A stretch of DNA of 64,000 nt from Eledone cirrhosa (Eukaryota). This document shows, one piece after another, positions 42,300 to 53,649 of the stretch (its first letter is position 1; each line of letters opens with the position of its first letter). Under the pieces are notes generated by a model. That model was given only the letters and a program-made list of their open reading frames with translations, was not told where the DNA came from and searched no databases. The translations under genes and the position numbers were made by a program. The stretch spans positions 49,538,001 to 49,602,000 of the forward strand of contig OZ024751.1 of assembly GCA_964016885.1 (NCBI GenBank), written 5' to 3'.

Positions 42300-44177
42300 G
42301 AAAAGTACAATAATAACTTTCAAACTAAACTTTCTCACGATATCTCTAATTTTAGAAATTCTACAAACACTTTTGTTCTTTCTGATAAAACCAAAAACCT
42401 CTTTGAAGTTAATAGTAATTTGTATAACCAACTTTTAACTAATAGTATTACCAATAAATATCAATTAACTAATAATAATAGCTACAATACTATCAATAAA
42501 GAAGCTAAAGAACTAGCTAGTTCTTTACAAATAGATAACCGGATTGAAAGCTTAGCTAAGCGTAAAGCATATATTACCCTTAAAGACCATAAATTGGACT
42601 TTACTAATCGACCTAGTTGTAGACTGATTAACCCGGCTAAATCCGAGGTTGGCCTTGCTAGTAAGAAAATCTTAAGAAAAATAATTATCCAAATTAGAAC
42701 TAACACTGTCCTTTCACAGTGGCTAAATACTTCCTCTGTTATTTCTTGGTTCAATAATATACAAGGTAAAAATAAGTGTAGATTTACGCAATTTGATATT
42801 GTCGATTTTTACCCTTCTATTACCGTTTCCTTATTAACTAAAGCCTTAGATTTTGCAAGACCCTTCATTAATATCTCCAAATTAGAAGAGGACATTATCT
42901 TTCATGCCAGAAAAACTTTACTTTTTACTAATGATAAGATTTGGGTTAAAAAGTCAAACCCTGAAAACTCTTTCGATGTTGCAATGGGTTCTTATGACAG
43001 TGCGGATGTGTGCGACTTAGTAGGATTATTCCTTCTCCACACACTCAAAGAGAAATTTCCGTCCCATAATATCGGTTTATACCGTGATGACGGATTAGCA
43101 GTTTCTCATACCACCAATGGCCATAATCTTGATAAATTCCGTAAAGATTTAATTAGTACTTTTGCTAATCTTAACCTTAAAATTACTATAGATACGAACC
43201 TTACTAATGCTAACTTTCTTGATATTAATCTTGATCTACTTACTGCCTCTTTTAAACCCTATCATAAACCTAATGAAAATCTTAGGTATATACACAAAGA
43301 GTCTTGCCATCCCCCTATAGTTTTTAATAATCTTATTCCTAACATTAGCCGTAGGATTTCTACTTTATCTTCGTCTATAGACATTTTTAATAAAGCCGCC
43401 CCTTATTATAATAAAGCCCTTAAGAACAGCGGTTTTACAGAAAATATTTCTTATTTACCTATTCCCCCCCCTAAAACTAACCATAATAACAGGAAAAGGA
43501 AGATTATTTGGTTCACACCCCCCTTCTCTCTAAATGTCAAAACTAATGTAGGAAGGAAATTCCTTGAACTATTAGACAAACATTTTCCTCCTATTCATAG
43601 ATATTATAAGATTTTTAATAGGAATGTAGTTAAGATTAGCTACTCTTGCTGTCCATCCATGAAATCCAAAATCACCAGTTCAAACCGTACGAGGATAAAT
43701 CCAGGATGCAGTTGCAGGAAGCCGGATGAATGCCCATTGCAGGGTAAATGTAAAACAAAATCTGTCGTTTATGAGGCTAAAATAACGCCAGTTATCAACA
43801 ACCAGCCAGCCAGAAGCGAGCGATATGTCGGTATGACCCAGGACAGGTTTAAAACCAGATTTTACTCACATGTCGCTTCTTTTAAACACTCAGATAAACG
43901 AACATCAACGGCCCTCGCAAGTAAGGTATGGGATCTCAAGGATAGTAATATCCCGTACTCTATTGATTGGTCTATATTAGACCATTCGAGGGAGTACCAA
44001 AGGGGCACAAAGAATTGTTCTTTGTGTACCACAGAAAAGTATAGGATTTTGCTAAACTTGAGAGACACTTCCGCTTGCCTTAACTCTAAGACTGAGATCT
44101 TCAGATGCTGTCCTCATCTGAAATCGCATCTGATCTGTAACTGGATTGACACTCCTACGATAAATCAACCGCCTTGA
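42300..44177 (+). CDS. PLE reverse transcriptase / GIY-YIG endonuclease, N-terminally truncated (Hydra-clade-like)
   Basis: SDKTKNL, YITLKDHK, CRLINPAKSE, QFDIVDFYPSI (A), DVAMGSYDSADV (B'), LYRDDGL (C), CSCRKPDECPLQGKC linker, VVY..YVGMT..FKTRFYSH..CSLC..CPH. The first 31 aa of the listed ORF (42207-42299) come from the inverted arm. Confidence 0.93.
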   Translation, partial: EKYNNNFQTKLSHDISNFRNSTNTFVLSDKTKNLFEVNSNLYNQLLTNSITNKYQLTNNNSYNTINKEAKELASSLQIDNRIESLAKRKAYITLKDHKLDFTNRPSCRLINPAKSEVGLASKKILRKIIIQIRTNTVLSQWLNTSSVISWFNNIQGKNKCRFTQFDIVDFYPSITVSLLTKALDFARPFINISKLEEDIIFHARKTLLFTNDKIWVKKSNPENSFDVAMGSYDSADVCDLVGLFLLHTLKEKFPSHNIGLYRDDGLAVSHTTNGHNLDKFRKDLISTFANLNLKITIDTNLTNANFLDINLDLLTASFKPYHKPNENLRYIHKESCHPPIVFNNLIPNISRRISTLSSSIDIFNKAAPYYNKALKNSGFTENISYLPIPPPKTNHNNRKRKIIWFTPPFSLNVKTNVGRKFLELLDKHFPPIHRYYKIFNRNVVKISYSCCPSMKSKITSSNRTRINPGCSCRKPDECPLQGKCKTKSVVYEAKITPVINNQPARSERYVGMTQDRFKTRFYSHVASFKHSDKRTSTALASKVWDLKDSNIPYSIDWSILDHSREYQRGTKNCSLCTTEKYRILLNLRDTSACLNSKTEIFRCCPHLKSHLICNWIDTPTINQPP

Positions 44178-44568
44178 ACTCCTTCTCTGCTCTTTACTTT
44201 TGCTACGGCTTTTATTTTGCTGCTTCTACCTTCTGTACTCTTGTATTTAAAAAATATTTTTTTCTCCCTTACCTCCCTTTATATTTTTACCTCCTCTAGG
44301 CCCCCCACCCCATATATTCTTTTTGTTTTGCCCTTCACATACCTATGTGTATGTGTATGTATTTTTGTGTGTATATATGTATATGTGTACGTATATGTTT
44401 GTGTATGTATATATATGTGTATGTATGTATGTATATGTATGTGTGTGTATATGTGTGTATGTATATATGTTTGTATATATATATATATATATATATGTAC
44501 ATGTATATATATATGTATATATATATATGTGTGTGTGCGTGTCTGTATGTGTGTATATATTTGTATAT

Positions 44569-44626
44569 TTCATTCTGAAGATTGAAGGAAACTTTTTTTG
44601 CTTTTAAGAAACCTCTGGTGAATGGA
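44569..44626 (+). ncRNA. Type I hammerhead with GUG triplet (probably weak or inactive)
   Basis: TTCATT CTGAAGA TTGAAGG..CTTTTAA GAAA CC tct GG TG AATGGA. Confidence 0.7.
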
Positions 44627-44768
44627 TTAATTGCCTTGTATGGCTTTATTACTTTACTACTATATATACGTTTATGTAAGGTTCATTTGTCTTATCTAAT
44701 ACTGAGCTTTACACATACACACATGTATATGTGTGTGTGTATGTGTATGCATGTGTGTATGTGTACGT

Positions 44769-44800
<32 letters not shown>

Positions 44801-45083
44801 TTGTGTATATATATGTGTATATATATATATGTATATGTATATATGTATATATGTATATGTACGTGTATGTATGTATATGTTGCGTGTGTTTTTATTTATT
44901 TTTATGTATGTGTGGGTTTGTGTGTGGGTGTGTGTGTGTGTGTATATATGTGTGTGTGTTTGTATTTGGTTGTGCGTTCTTTTGATATATACGTATTTGC
45001 ATGTGTATAATTGTTTAGCTATGTATGTATATGTGTGTTTACGTATTTATATGTGTGTGTGCGTTTATATTTTTATATTTTTG

Positions 45084-45124
<41 letters not shown>

Positions 45125-45520
45125 GTGTGTGTGTGTGTATATAATTACATATACATGTGTGTGTTTATATTGTATACGTGTACGTGTTTGCGTATGTATG
45201 TGTATGTACGTGTTTATGTATTTGTATATGTATATTTATGTGTGAGAGTGTGTGTATGTGTTTACTATTTCGAACGTATGTATATGCGCTTATGTGTGTA
45301 TTACTTACCACGCGTGTCTGTCCTGTTAGCTGGGGCATGTATCGCTGTCAAATATTTGTTAATATTATTTATATATTTTTTTCTTATATTTATTTGCGTG
45401 TGTTAATATGTAGTGGAGTGCATTCATGTATGTGTATGTATGTACGTTGTATGTTTGTGTGAATGTATGTATATGTGTGTGTATATATATGTGTGTGTGT
45501 ATGTGTAGGCTTGTACACAC

Positions 45521-45556
<36 letters not shown>

Positions 45557-45585
45557 ATATGTGTATATGTGTGTATATGTATGTG

Positions 45586-45621
<36 letters not shown>

Positions 45622-45790
45622 GATATGTACATGTGTATATATATGAGTGTGTGTGTGTATATATGTGTGTGTGTGTGTGTGCGTGTGTATGTATGAATAT
45701 ATGTATGTGTATATGTGTGTATATATATGTGTATGTGTGTGTAGGTGTACGCTCTTTATATATATATATGTGTATGTATGTGTGTGTATA

Positions 45791-45837
<47 letters not shown>

Positions 45838-46050
45838 ATATGTATGTGTATGTGTATATGTGTATGCGTGCAAATTATATGTGTATATATGTGTGTGTGT
45901 GTAAGTATGCTTTTGGGTTTTTTTGTGTGTGTTTGCATGTGTAGTTTTATTTTATTTTATTTTTCCTTTCCTTCTCCCTTTTCCAGCCTCACTTTCATAT
46001 AGATTGCATTTTCGTTTTTAGAATCCATATTCAATAAACAAACCAGGATT

Positions 46051-46110
46051 TTTCATTCTGAGGATTGAAAGCAAAACCTTTTGCTTTTAAGAAACCACTG
46101 GTAAATGGAA
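46051..46110 (+). ncRNA. Type I hammerhead ribozyme (GUA triplet)
   Basis: TTTCATT CTGAGGA TTGAAAGCAAAA cc TTTTGCTTTTAA GAAA CC act GG TA AATGGAA; predicted cleavage after 46103. Confidence 0.87.
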
Positions 46111-46208
46111 TAATTGCCTTATGTTGTTTATTACATAATAATAATAATTAAGCTCTGTTGCTTACATAGAGCACTCTTTTTTCCTGGACTTTTCCGATGG
46201 AATTACTT

Positions 46209-46264
<56 letters not shown>

Positions 46265-46267
<3 letters not shown>

Positions 46268-47198
46268 TTATCTATAAAAGGCAGATTGCTGTTGTTGTTG
46301 TGTGTGTGTGCATGTTCCATGTTTATACATTTGCACAATTTCAAACCGATTCGAAATGGTCTAACTTAGGTCAACGACTATTTATTTCATTCAAACTTAC
46401 CCACAATTACGGAAATAATCGATAAAACTAAATACATGACGCTTTACCCCTCTAATACAATCAGTTTACCTCTCTCTACTCCTTTACCTCTCTCTACTCC
46501 TCTTAAAATTCGATAAAACTACATACATGCTGAAACTTTCTCTGATGTACGATTAAACGTACAAACCTTAAGAATGAGAGAGTGAGAGGGAGAGAGAGAG
46601 AGGGAAGTTTGTTTTTGAGTGTGGAATGGTCAAACATTTATTTACTTCAATGACAAAGAGAACTTATTACATTTCATACGAAACAACAATTATTCAAAAG
46701 CAACAAATAAATTTATTCAACGACAAAAAAAATAGCGATAAATCTTTTTTAAAACATCTATCAACGAACGTGGAAGAAAGAAGTATCAGTTCATTTACTA
46801 TACACAATAATATCCTGTATGAGGTCACTAAACCTGCTAGAAACAGCAGCTAACTCTCACCCATATCACACCACTCCCTACTGTCTTAAATTTAGAAAAC
46901 ACACATTAGACAACCATGCAGAACAACTCCATCGCAGCTCTGTTGTTCAGCTGGCATCGTCTACGCGCGTGTTGCGCAAGTACTGTGAAACAATAAATTT
47001 TAACACTTCTTTGCACAGAGATAATATCCATAGGCTAAACTACAATTGTCACTGCTGGTGCAGCTCCTGCTTCGGCAGTCCAGGTCTGCAATTCGTTCAC
47101 CCAGTGCCTGGCAGACAAAAAAGTGGTGCCATAAAATGGGTGGTGCAACCTAACTTTGGTAACTTACTGACCCCGAGCAACGCCGGGCTTTAATGCTA

Positions 47199-47199
<1 letters not shown>
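46265..47199 (+). mobile_element. Non-autonomous Helitron
   Basis: 3' end hairpin CCCG-agcaacgc-CGGG followed by CTAG|T. 5' A|TC at 46265 (alternatively 46271), followed by TATAAAAG and a GT-rich tract. No TSD. Confidence 0.7.
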
Positions 47200-47237
<38 letters not shown>

Positions 47238-47575
47238 CAAGTATTGCACCAAGACAATTATAAACATCGGCTAGAAAACATATTAGGAATTTACTTGATA
47301 TGTTTCTGTATTATAAATTGTGTACATATGCTGACTACAATATATATCGCTCTATGACATGCGATACTTAAATATTCATCACGCTTCATCAGAAAGTTTA
47401 TAATTGTGGAAGTGACTATTCACTACGCGGTAAAATTTAGGAATGGGATTTTCGTTTAAGAAAATATAAATAAGTCAAAATGACAATAAAAATATAATAT
47501 ACAATAAGTTAGTGTGATAGTAGAGGGAGTTAAGAGAAGATGGAGTGGGGTAAAGAACTTCACACTTACACACAC

Positions 47576-47630
<55 letters not shown>

Positions 47631-47634
<4 letters not shown>

Positions 47635-47765
47635 AGAAGGTATGACCCTGACGACAGAGCAAAGCCGTCGGGGTCATACTTTGTCCTATTACCCACTCTA
47701 CTAGCATAAGTATTGAGTACTCTGGTGCGTTATGGTCCATCTGCTTCTTTACCACAACTCCTTCG

Positions 47766-47767
<2 letters not shown>
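47631..47767. mobile_element. Short palindromic PLE-end insertion (family A) with right-arm tail
   Basis: TAGGAGAAGGTATGACCC..GGGTCATACTTTGTCCTA plus the tail TTACCCACTC..GAGTAC..CGTT. Confidence 0.8.
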
Positions 47768-47846
<79 letters not shown>

Positions 47847-47852
47847 AATACT

Positions 47853-47982
<130 letters not shown>

Positions 47983-48292
47983 ATGTGTGTTTCTGAGTTT
48001 CTATGTTTGTGCCTGTGTTTGTGGGAGTTTATTTATTTCATGGGTTACATATACAGATCAAGGTTTTGAAGAAGGAATAATCCGGTGGACAATAAATAAG
48101 GACAGGTTGATAAGAAAATGTATATGTTATTCGTAGGTAATCATGGTGCTTCTATTTACAACTGATGAAATATTCGTTGTAGTCAAAATGATCTAATGAA
48201 ACTACCAACATTTCAAATGTTTGCTGAACACACAAGCCGAAACCACATGATACTGCAATCGTGATTCTACCAACATATATGTCATTATACTT

Positions 48293-48372
<80 letters not shown>

Positions 48373-48470
48373 CTATACAAACACTCGGCTACACACACAC
48401 ACACATATATATACATGCATACATATTAATGTATATATATATGTATATATGTATACATATATATATATAT

Positions 48471-49078
48471 GTCAGGTCACCAGTTGGTGCTACTGGTAAC
48501 ATGTATCCCAGTACAACCTGTCTCATGGTCGGGTCGTTGGCGACTAAACTGGCAACCCCACCAAGGTTTCTTGGTGAGGAGGGTGACTTTGGACATCCTG
48601 CAGGACTAAAAACAAAACCTGTCAAAGGGCAAAGGAGCTCTTAAGAGTCAATGGCCATCCAAAATCACCGGGAGAGATGACCCCTTAGCCTTTGTCAAGG
48701 CAGAATTCTAGGAGAAGGAAAACTCTGATATAACACCTGCAACCCTGATGGTATCCAATGATGTTGACTTGTTCTTCTTTTTGGTAAATATCATCTTGGT
48801 TAAGAGAGTGGGACTGGCTTTGTGCAGTGCCTTTGCTCACTATAAAAGCTTCACGGCACAGGCATTGCTTTATATCTGGAGATCTCTCTGCACTTGTCGT
48901 CACATGGTACCATGGGCCCAGCACTGTGTCAGTAATTGTCACAAGTGTAGTGTTTGTACCAGAGTTTTCAAGTCGCTGGCTCGACTAAAAAGTCACACTC
49001 GTTCAGCGCATCGGTAGGGGTTCTCCTACATGGATATAAAGTAGTGGCCGTACTCGAAAACGAGTTGGCAGCCACCAT
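48471..49078 (+). mobile_element. ~600-bp RTE-derived non-autonomous retroelement (5' UTR-like head + LINE 3' end with C2H2 finger remnant)
   Basis: 3' part translates CHKCSVCTRVFKSLARLKSHTRSAHR*. Other copies at 38523-38935 and, decayed, ~61510-61790. Inserted in (TA)n. Confidence 0.65.
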
Positions 49079-49097
49079 ATATATATTTATATATATA

Positions 49098-49218
<121 letters not shown>

Positions 49219-49370
49219 GCGAGTGCTTGCGTATTTTCATCACAGTATCCAATTACCTTGATTTTACATTTAAGATATCTATGCAGTAAATCTCTGTCCA
49301 AAGTTTTACAATAGAACGTTTGCTATCAATACATAACCACACACACTTACTATATATGTATTTATGTATA

Positions 49371-49451
<81 letters not shown>

Positions 49452-49611
49452 AGGGGTGTAAAATCTCGTTATTCATACAACGTTAGAGCATTTCTTCAAT
49501 TGGTGTATTTTAAACCAAACAATTTACCATGCCTATGCTTACAGTATCATTATGTAGGAATTAGATGTATATTTATGCATTCAAACCTACCTACGTACAT
49601 ACATTATATAT

Positions 49612-49662
<51 letters not shown>

Positions 49663-50231
49663 TGGACACACACGTAATATATATATATATAAGAATATAT
49701 ATATTATTCCTTATGTAAGATAACCAAATTCTTTAAATTATTTAAGCTAGCCATAATCTGAGATGTATATTATTGTGCATCAATTTATAAATGTATACAT
49801 ACTAGTGTGCATATGTGTGTATATATGAGTTGTTTTGTGCGTGATCATATATCTGTGTTTGCTTGTGTGTTGAAAACCTAGAAATAACGTAACCAGAGCC
49901 AAAATGATACAAATTGATATATAAATTATGTTATTAAGAATATATAAGTTAGTTTTCAGATAAACATATCAAATTTCTGGTGAGATATTATGTACATGAT
50001 ATCTAAATTACCCAGCCATGATCAAACAGATTGTCTCTCTCTATTCCTAGCTTCCTCAAACACACACACATATATATGTGTGAGTGTGTTTGTATATTTT
50101 TGTGTGTGAGTGTGCATGTGATTTCGTATACATCTCTCTACACACGCATATATAGAGAGAGAGTTTTGCTCGTCTCTCCAATGAATATTATTGCTAATAA
50201 CCTTCTACTCGTTTTCTTCTTCTCTTTAAAG

Positions 50232-50312
50232 GTCAGCCTGGCCGACCTGGACGGCAAGGTCAGAAAGGTGACAAGGGTGATTTGGGACAACGTGGACAAC
50301 CTGGCCTTACAG
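50232..50312 (+). CDS. Collagen Gly-X-Y exon (9 triplets) of the same host gene
   Basis: Polypyrimidine tract + TAAAG acceptor and G/GTAAGT donor; 81 bp, phase 1-1; (G)QPGRPGRQGQKGDKGDLGQRGQPGLT(G). Confidence 0.9.
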
Positions 50313-50380
50313 GTAAGTTGGCATTATACACCATTGCACTTAATGTATATTCTACTGCTATTATTATGCAGATCTATCGT

Positions 50381-50462
<82 letters not shown>

Positions 50463-50466
<4 letters not shown>

Positions 50467-50875
50467 AGGTGAGTTTTATTGTAGTACAATAAAGCAATGC
50501 AGATATCGGATAAAAAGCACTCTACAGTTTGTAGGACTGGAGTATACATAATATATAAGATCAAAAGATGGTTAAATGAGTTCCATGTATTTTATTATGC
50601 GCATTTCAAAAACAAATATCATCATGCAATAACATTTGTGTTTTCATCAGATAAAATAGGAGGACATGATATGAAGGTTAAAAACACTTGTGGATAGTGC
50701 AGTTTTAAATCAACATATGTTGATTTAAAACTACACTATCCACAAGTGTTTTTAACCTTCATATCATGTCCTCCTATTTTATCTGATGAAAACACAAATG
50801 TTATTGCATGATGATATTTGTTTTTGAAATGCGCATAATAAAATACATGGAACTCATTTAACCATCTTTTGATCT

Positions 50876-50884
<9 letters not shown>
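50463..50884. mobile_element. Palindromic PLE-end insertion (family F) with left-arm tail and a hammerhead in each arm
   Basis: Near-perfect mirror centred on CAACATATGTTG (~50716); tail 50463-50548; (TA)n flanks. Confidence 0.85.
50775..50845 (+). ncRNA. Type I hammerhead ribozyme (AUA triplet); mirror copy on - strand at 50588-50658
   Basis: TATTTTAT CTGATGA AAA c ACAAATGTTATT gcat GATGATATTTGT t TTT GAAA TGCGCA TA ATAAAATA. Confidence 0.85.
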
Positions 50885-50939
<55 letters not shown>

Positions 50940-51139
50940 GATATATATTGCCTGCTCAATAAAAACAAATAAAATGATAGTTGAATGCTATAAATAAAAG
51001 TTTTAAAATGAGATCAGGTAAAGTAACCCAAGACAGATATGGTTAGATATTTATGTAAAATATTGTTACCCTCCTGGGGTACTTATCCAATATATTCAAC
51101 TATTATGTATGGATAGCAATCTCTATTATATATATATAT

Positions 51140-51322
51140 AGAAAAGCTTCTACAGGACTAGAACTGTTTCATTCGTGAGAAATCATCAGGGGCTTCCTGA
51201 TGATTTCTCACGACTGAAACAGTTCTAGTCCTGTAGAAGCTTTTCTATATTAAAACATTTATACTCTGCTATGTATTGAGTACCTTACTTACTGTGGTTA
51301 CCGCCGATTGAACGCGGAATAA

Positions 51323-51325
<3 letters not shown>
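51140..51325. mobile_element. Palindromic PLE-end insertion (family B) with hammerhead 51192-51240 and right-arm tail
   Basis: 51140-51190 mirrors 51196-51246; GCTTC CTGATGA..GAAA CAG..CTG TA GAAGC; tail TACTC..GAGTA. Confidence 0.82.
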
Positions 51326-51398
<73 letters not shown>

Positions 51399-51402
<4 letters not shown>

Positions 51403-51699
51403 TTAAACAAGATTCAATGAGTACATCAAAGAATGAGTTTTACAGTAGATTGGAAGCACTCTACAGTTAATATTTTCCAGAGATATTAATATTAAAATAC
51501 AAATATTAATAAAATAGATATTCTTTTGATCAATTACATTTTATTATACATATTTCAGAGGTACAACTGTACGTCCTCATCAGACAAAATATATATAATA
51601 TATTATATTTTGTCTGATGAGGACGTACTGTTGTACCTCTGAAATATGTATAATAAAAATTAATTGATCAAAAGAACATCTATTTTATTAATATTTGTA

Positions 51700-51706
<7 letters not shown>
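51399..51706. mobile_element. Palindromic PLE-end insertion (family G) with hammerheads at 51608-51658 (+) and 51539-51589 (-) and left-arm tail
   Basis: TTTTGT CTGATGA GGA c GTAC tgtt GTAC c TCT GAAA TATGTA TA ATAAAA; arms mirror around ~51598. Confidence 0.82.
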
Positions 51707-51733
<27 letters not shown>

Positions 51734-51737
<4 letters not shown>

Positions 51738-51924
51738 AACCAGTAAGACCCCGACAGCTGAGCTCAAGCCGTTTCGACGGCTAATTCAGTCCAGAATTAG
51801 CCGTCGAAACGGCTTGAGCTCAGCTGTCGGGGTCTTACTGGTTCCTATTACCCACTCTACTACCTCAAGTATTGAGTACTTTGGTGCGTTATGGTCCACC
51901 TGGTTCCTTACCACATTTCGTTCG

Positions 51925-51926
<2 letters not shown>
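51734..51926. mobile_element. Palindromic PLE-end insertion (family A) with right-arm tail
   Basis: 51734-51788 mirrors 51794-51847; matches the 3' end of PLE copy 1 (2946-2999); tail 51848-51926. Confidence 0.87.
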
Positions 51927-51956
<30 letters not shown>

Positions 51957-52548
51957 GTATATTTATATATGTGTGTGTGTATATATATATACCAACACAC
52001 ACACATATATATATATATATATACTTATTATATAGTATGTATATATATGCATATGTATATTCATTTAGATATTCGTAGGACAGTGCAGGTCTGGTCTACA
52101 CGATTATTAACCCAGGGAATACATTATTCACTAGATCTTTGTCCAGCCACCTCTTTAGAAGGAAGAGACACGTTTCGATATAGAGATAGACCGCGAGATC
52201 GGCTGTCTATAAACCTGGTTGAGAGAGAGTAACAGAAAAATACACAACAGAAGTATAGAAACGTCACTTTATGCATCGGCCTTGAAACCATATGACACAT
52301 TTGGCATTGGTCACTTTTGAACTCAGAGCGCTGCAAAAATAACGAAATGTTATCAATCAAGCGCTATCAGGTCTTTGCCACTTCGTGGGCGCCATATATA
52401 TAATAAAGTAAATATATATATGAGGAGGGAGCACATGACAAAGACAACGGAGAAAGCAATAGAAAACGAACAGACCCTTTTCAACAGTCGGCCTCTGGAA
52501 AATACTACAGTTTAAGGGAATAAACTTAAATCTGTTCTTATAATAAAT

Positions 52549-52636
<88 letters not shown>

Positions 52637-52692
52637 GCGTGTGTGTATGTGTGGAGCCCTCTTCGGATTTTAGTCTTCACGTTTATTATTAT

Positions 52693-52795
<103 letters not shown>

Positions 52796-53404
52796 TAAAA
52801 AGAGAGAGACAGGGGGGGAAATATGTATGTGTGTAGGTGCGTGTGTGTCATAAAATTTGCTTATTTCCATTCAATTGTTGCATAGCCTTGTTTCAATTTA
52901 TTTCTCCGCCAATTGGCTGGGGAACTTATTAAATAATATGACGCTTGCTTGTTCTGTTGTTTGCTGTTATCATCCTGTATTAAGTCGAAAATATATAGTT
53001 TGGGGATTAAATACGATCAAGTAAAAAATGCACTAATGTTAAACCAGAAAACATTCAAATATCAAAAGAAATAAAAATAATTTTTCCGGCAATCTCGAAA
53101 ATGTAGTAGCTTAAGATGAAAGTAAAATAAAGAAAAAAAAAAACATTGAATAATAATATAAGGAAAAAATAAATATACCATGTTTTATGCTAAATTCAAT
53201 GATTGATTTCATTCTCATATTCATACTCATTCTTATTCTTGTATATAATCTTATTCTTATAAATTTTTCATATTCCTATTGCTATTCTTATAACATATAC
53301 TACTTTATATCTAGTTTTTATTTTACTCCTTTCATTATTTTTATGCTTAAACTCCATGACTTTTTTCGTGTCTTTATTTTTTATTTTAAACTTTATTAAG
53401 ATTT

Positions 53405-53530
<126 letters not shown>

Positions 53531-53536
53531 TGTGTG

Positions 53537-53569
<33 letters not shown>

Positions 53570-53612
53570 GCATATATATGTATATATATATATATATATA
53601 CACATATATATG

Positions 53613-53649
<37 letters not shown>

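Larger units (their letters stand above)
39111..46212. mobile_element. PLE copy 2: 7.1-kb head-to-head palindromic insertion (arms 39111-42299 and 42952-46146, spacer 42300-42951, tail 46147-46212)
   Basis: Arms are near-identical reverse complements (I saw one 6-bp indel near 45295 and one substitution near 45908). Contains an RT+GIY-YIG ORF, a microsatellite-rich 3' UTR and two hammerheads per arm; (TA)n on both flanks. Confidence 0.93.
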
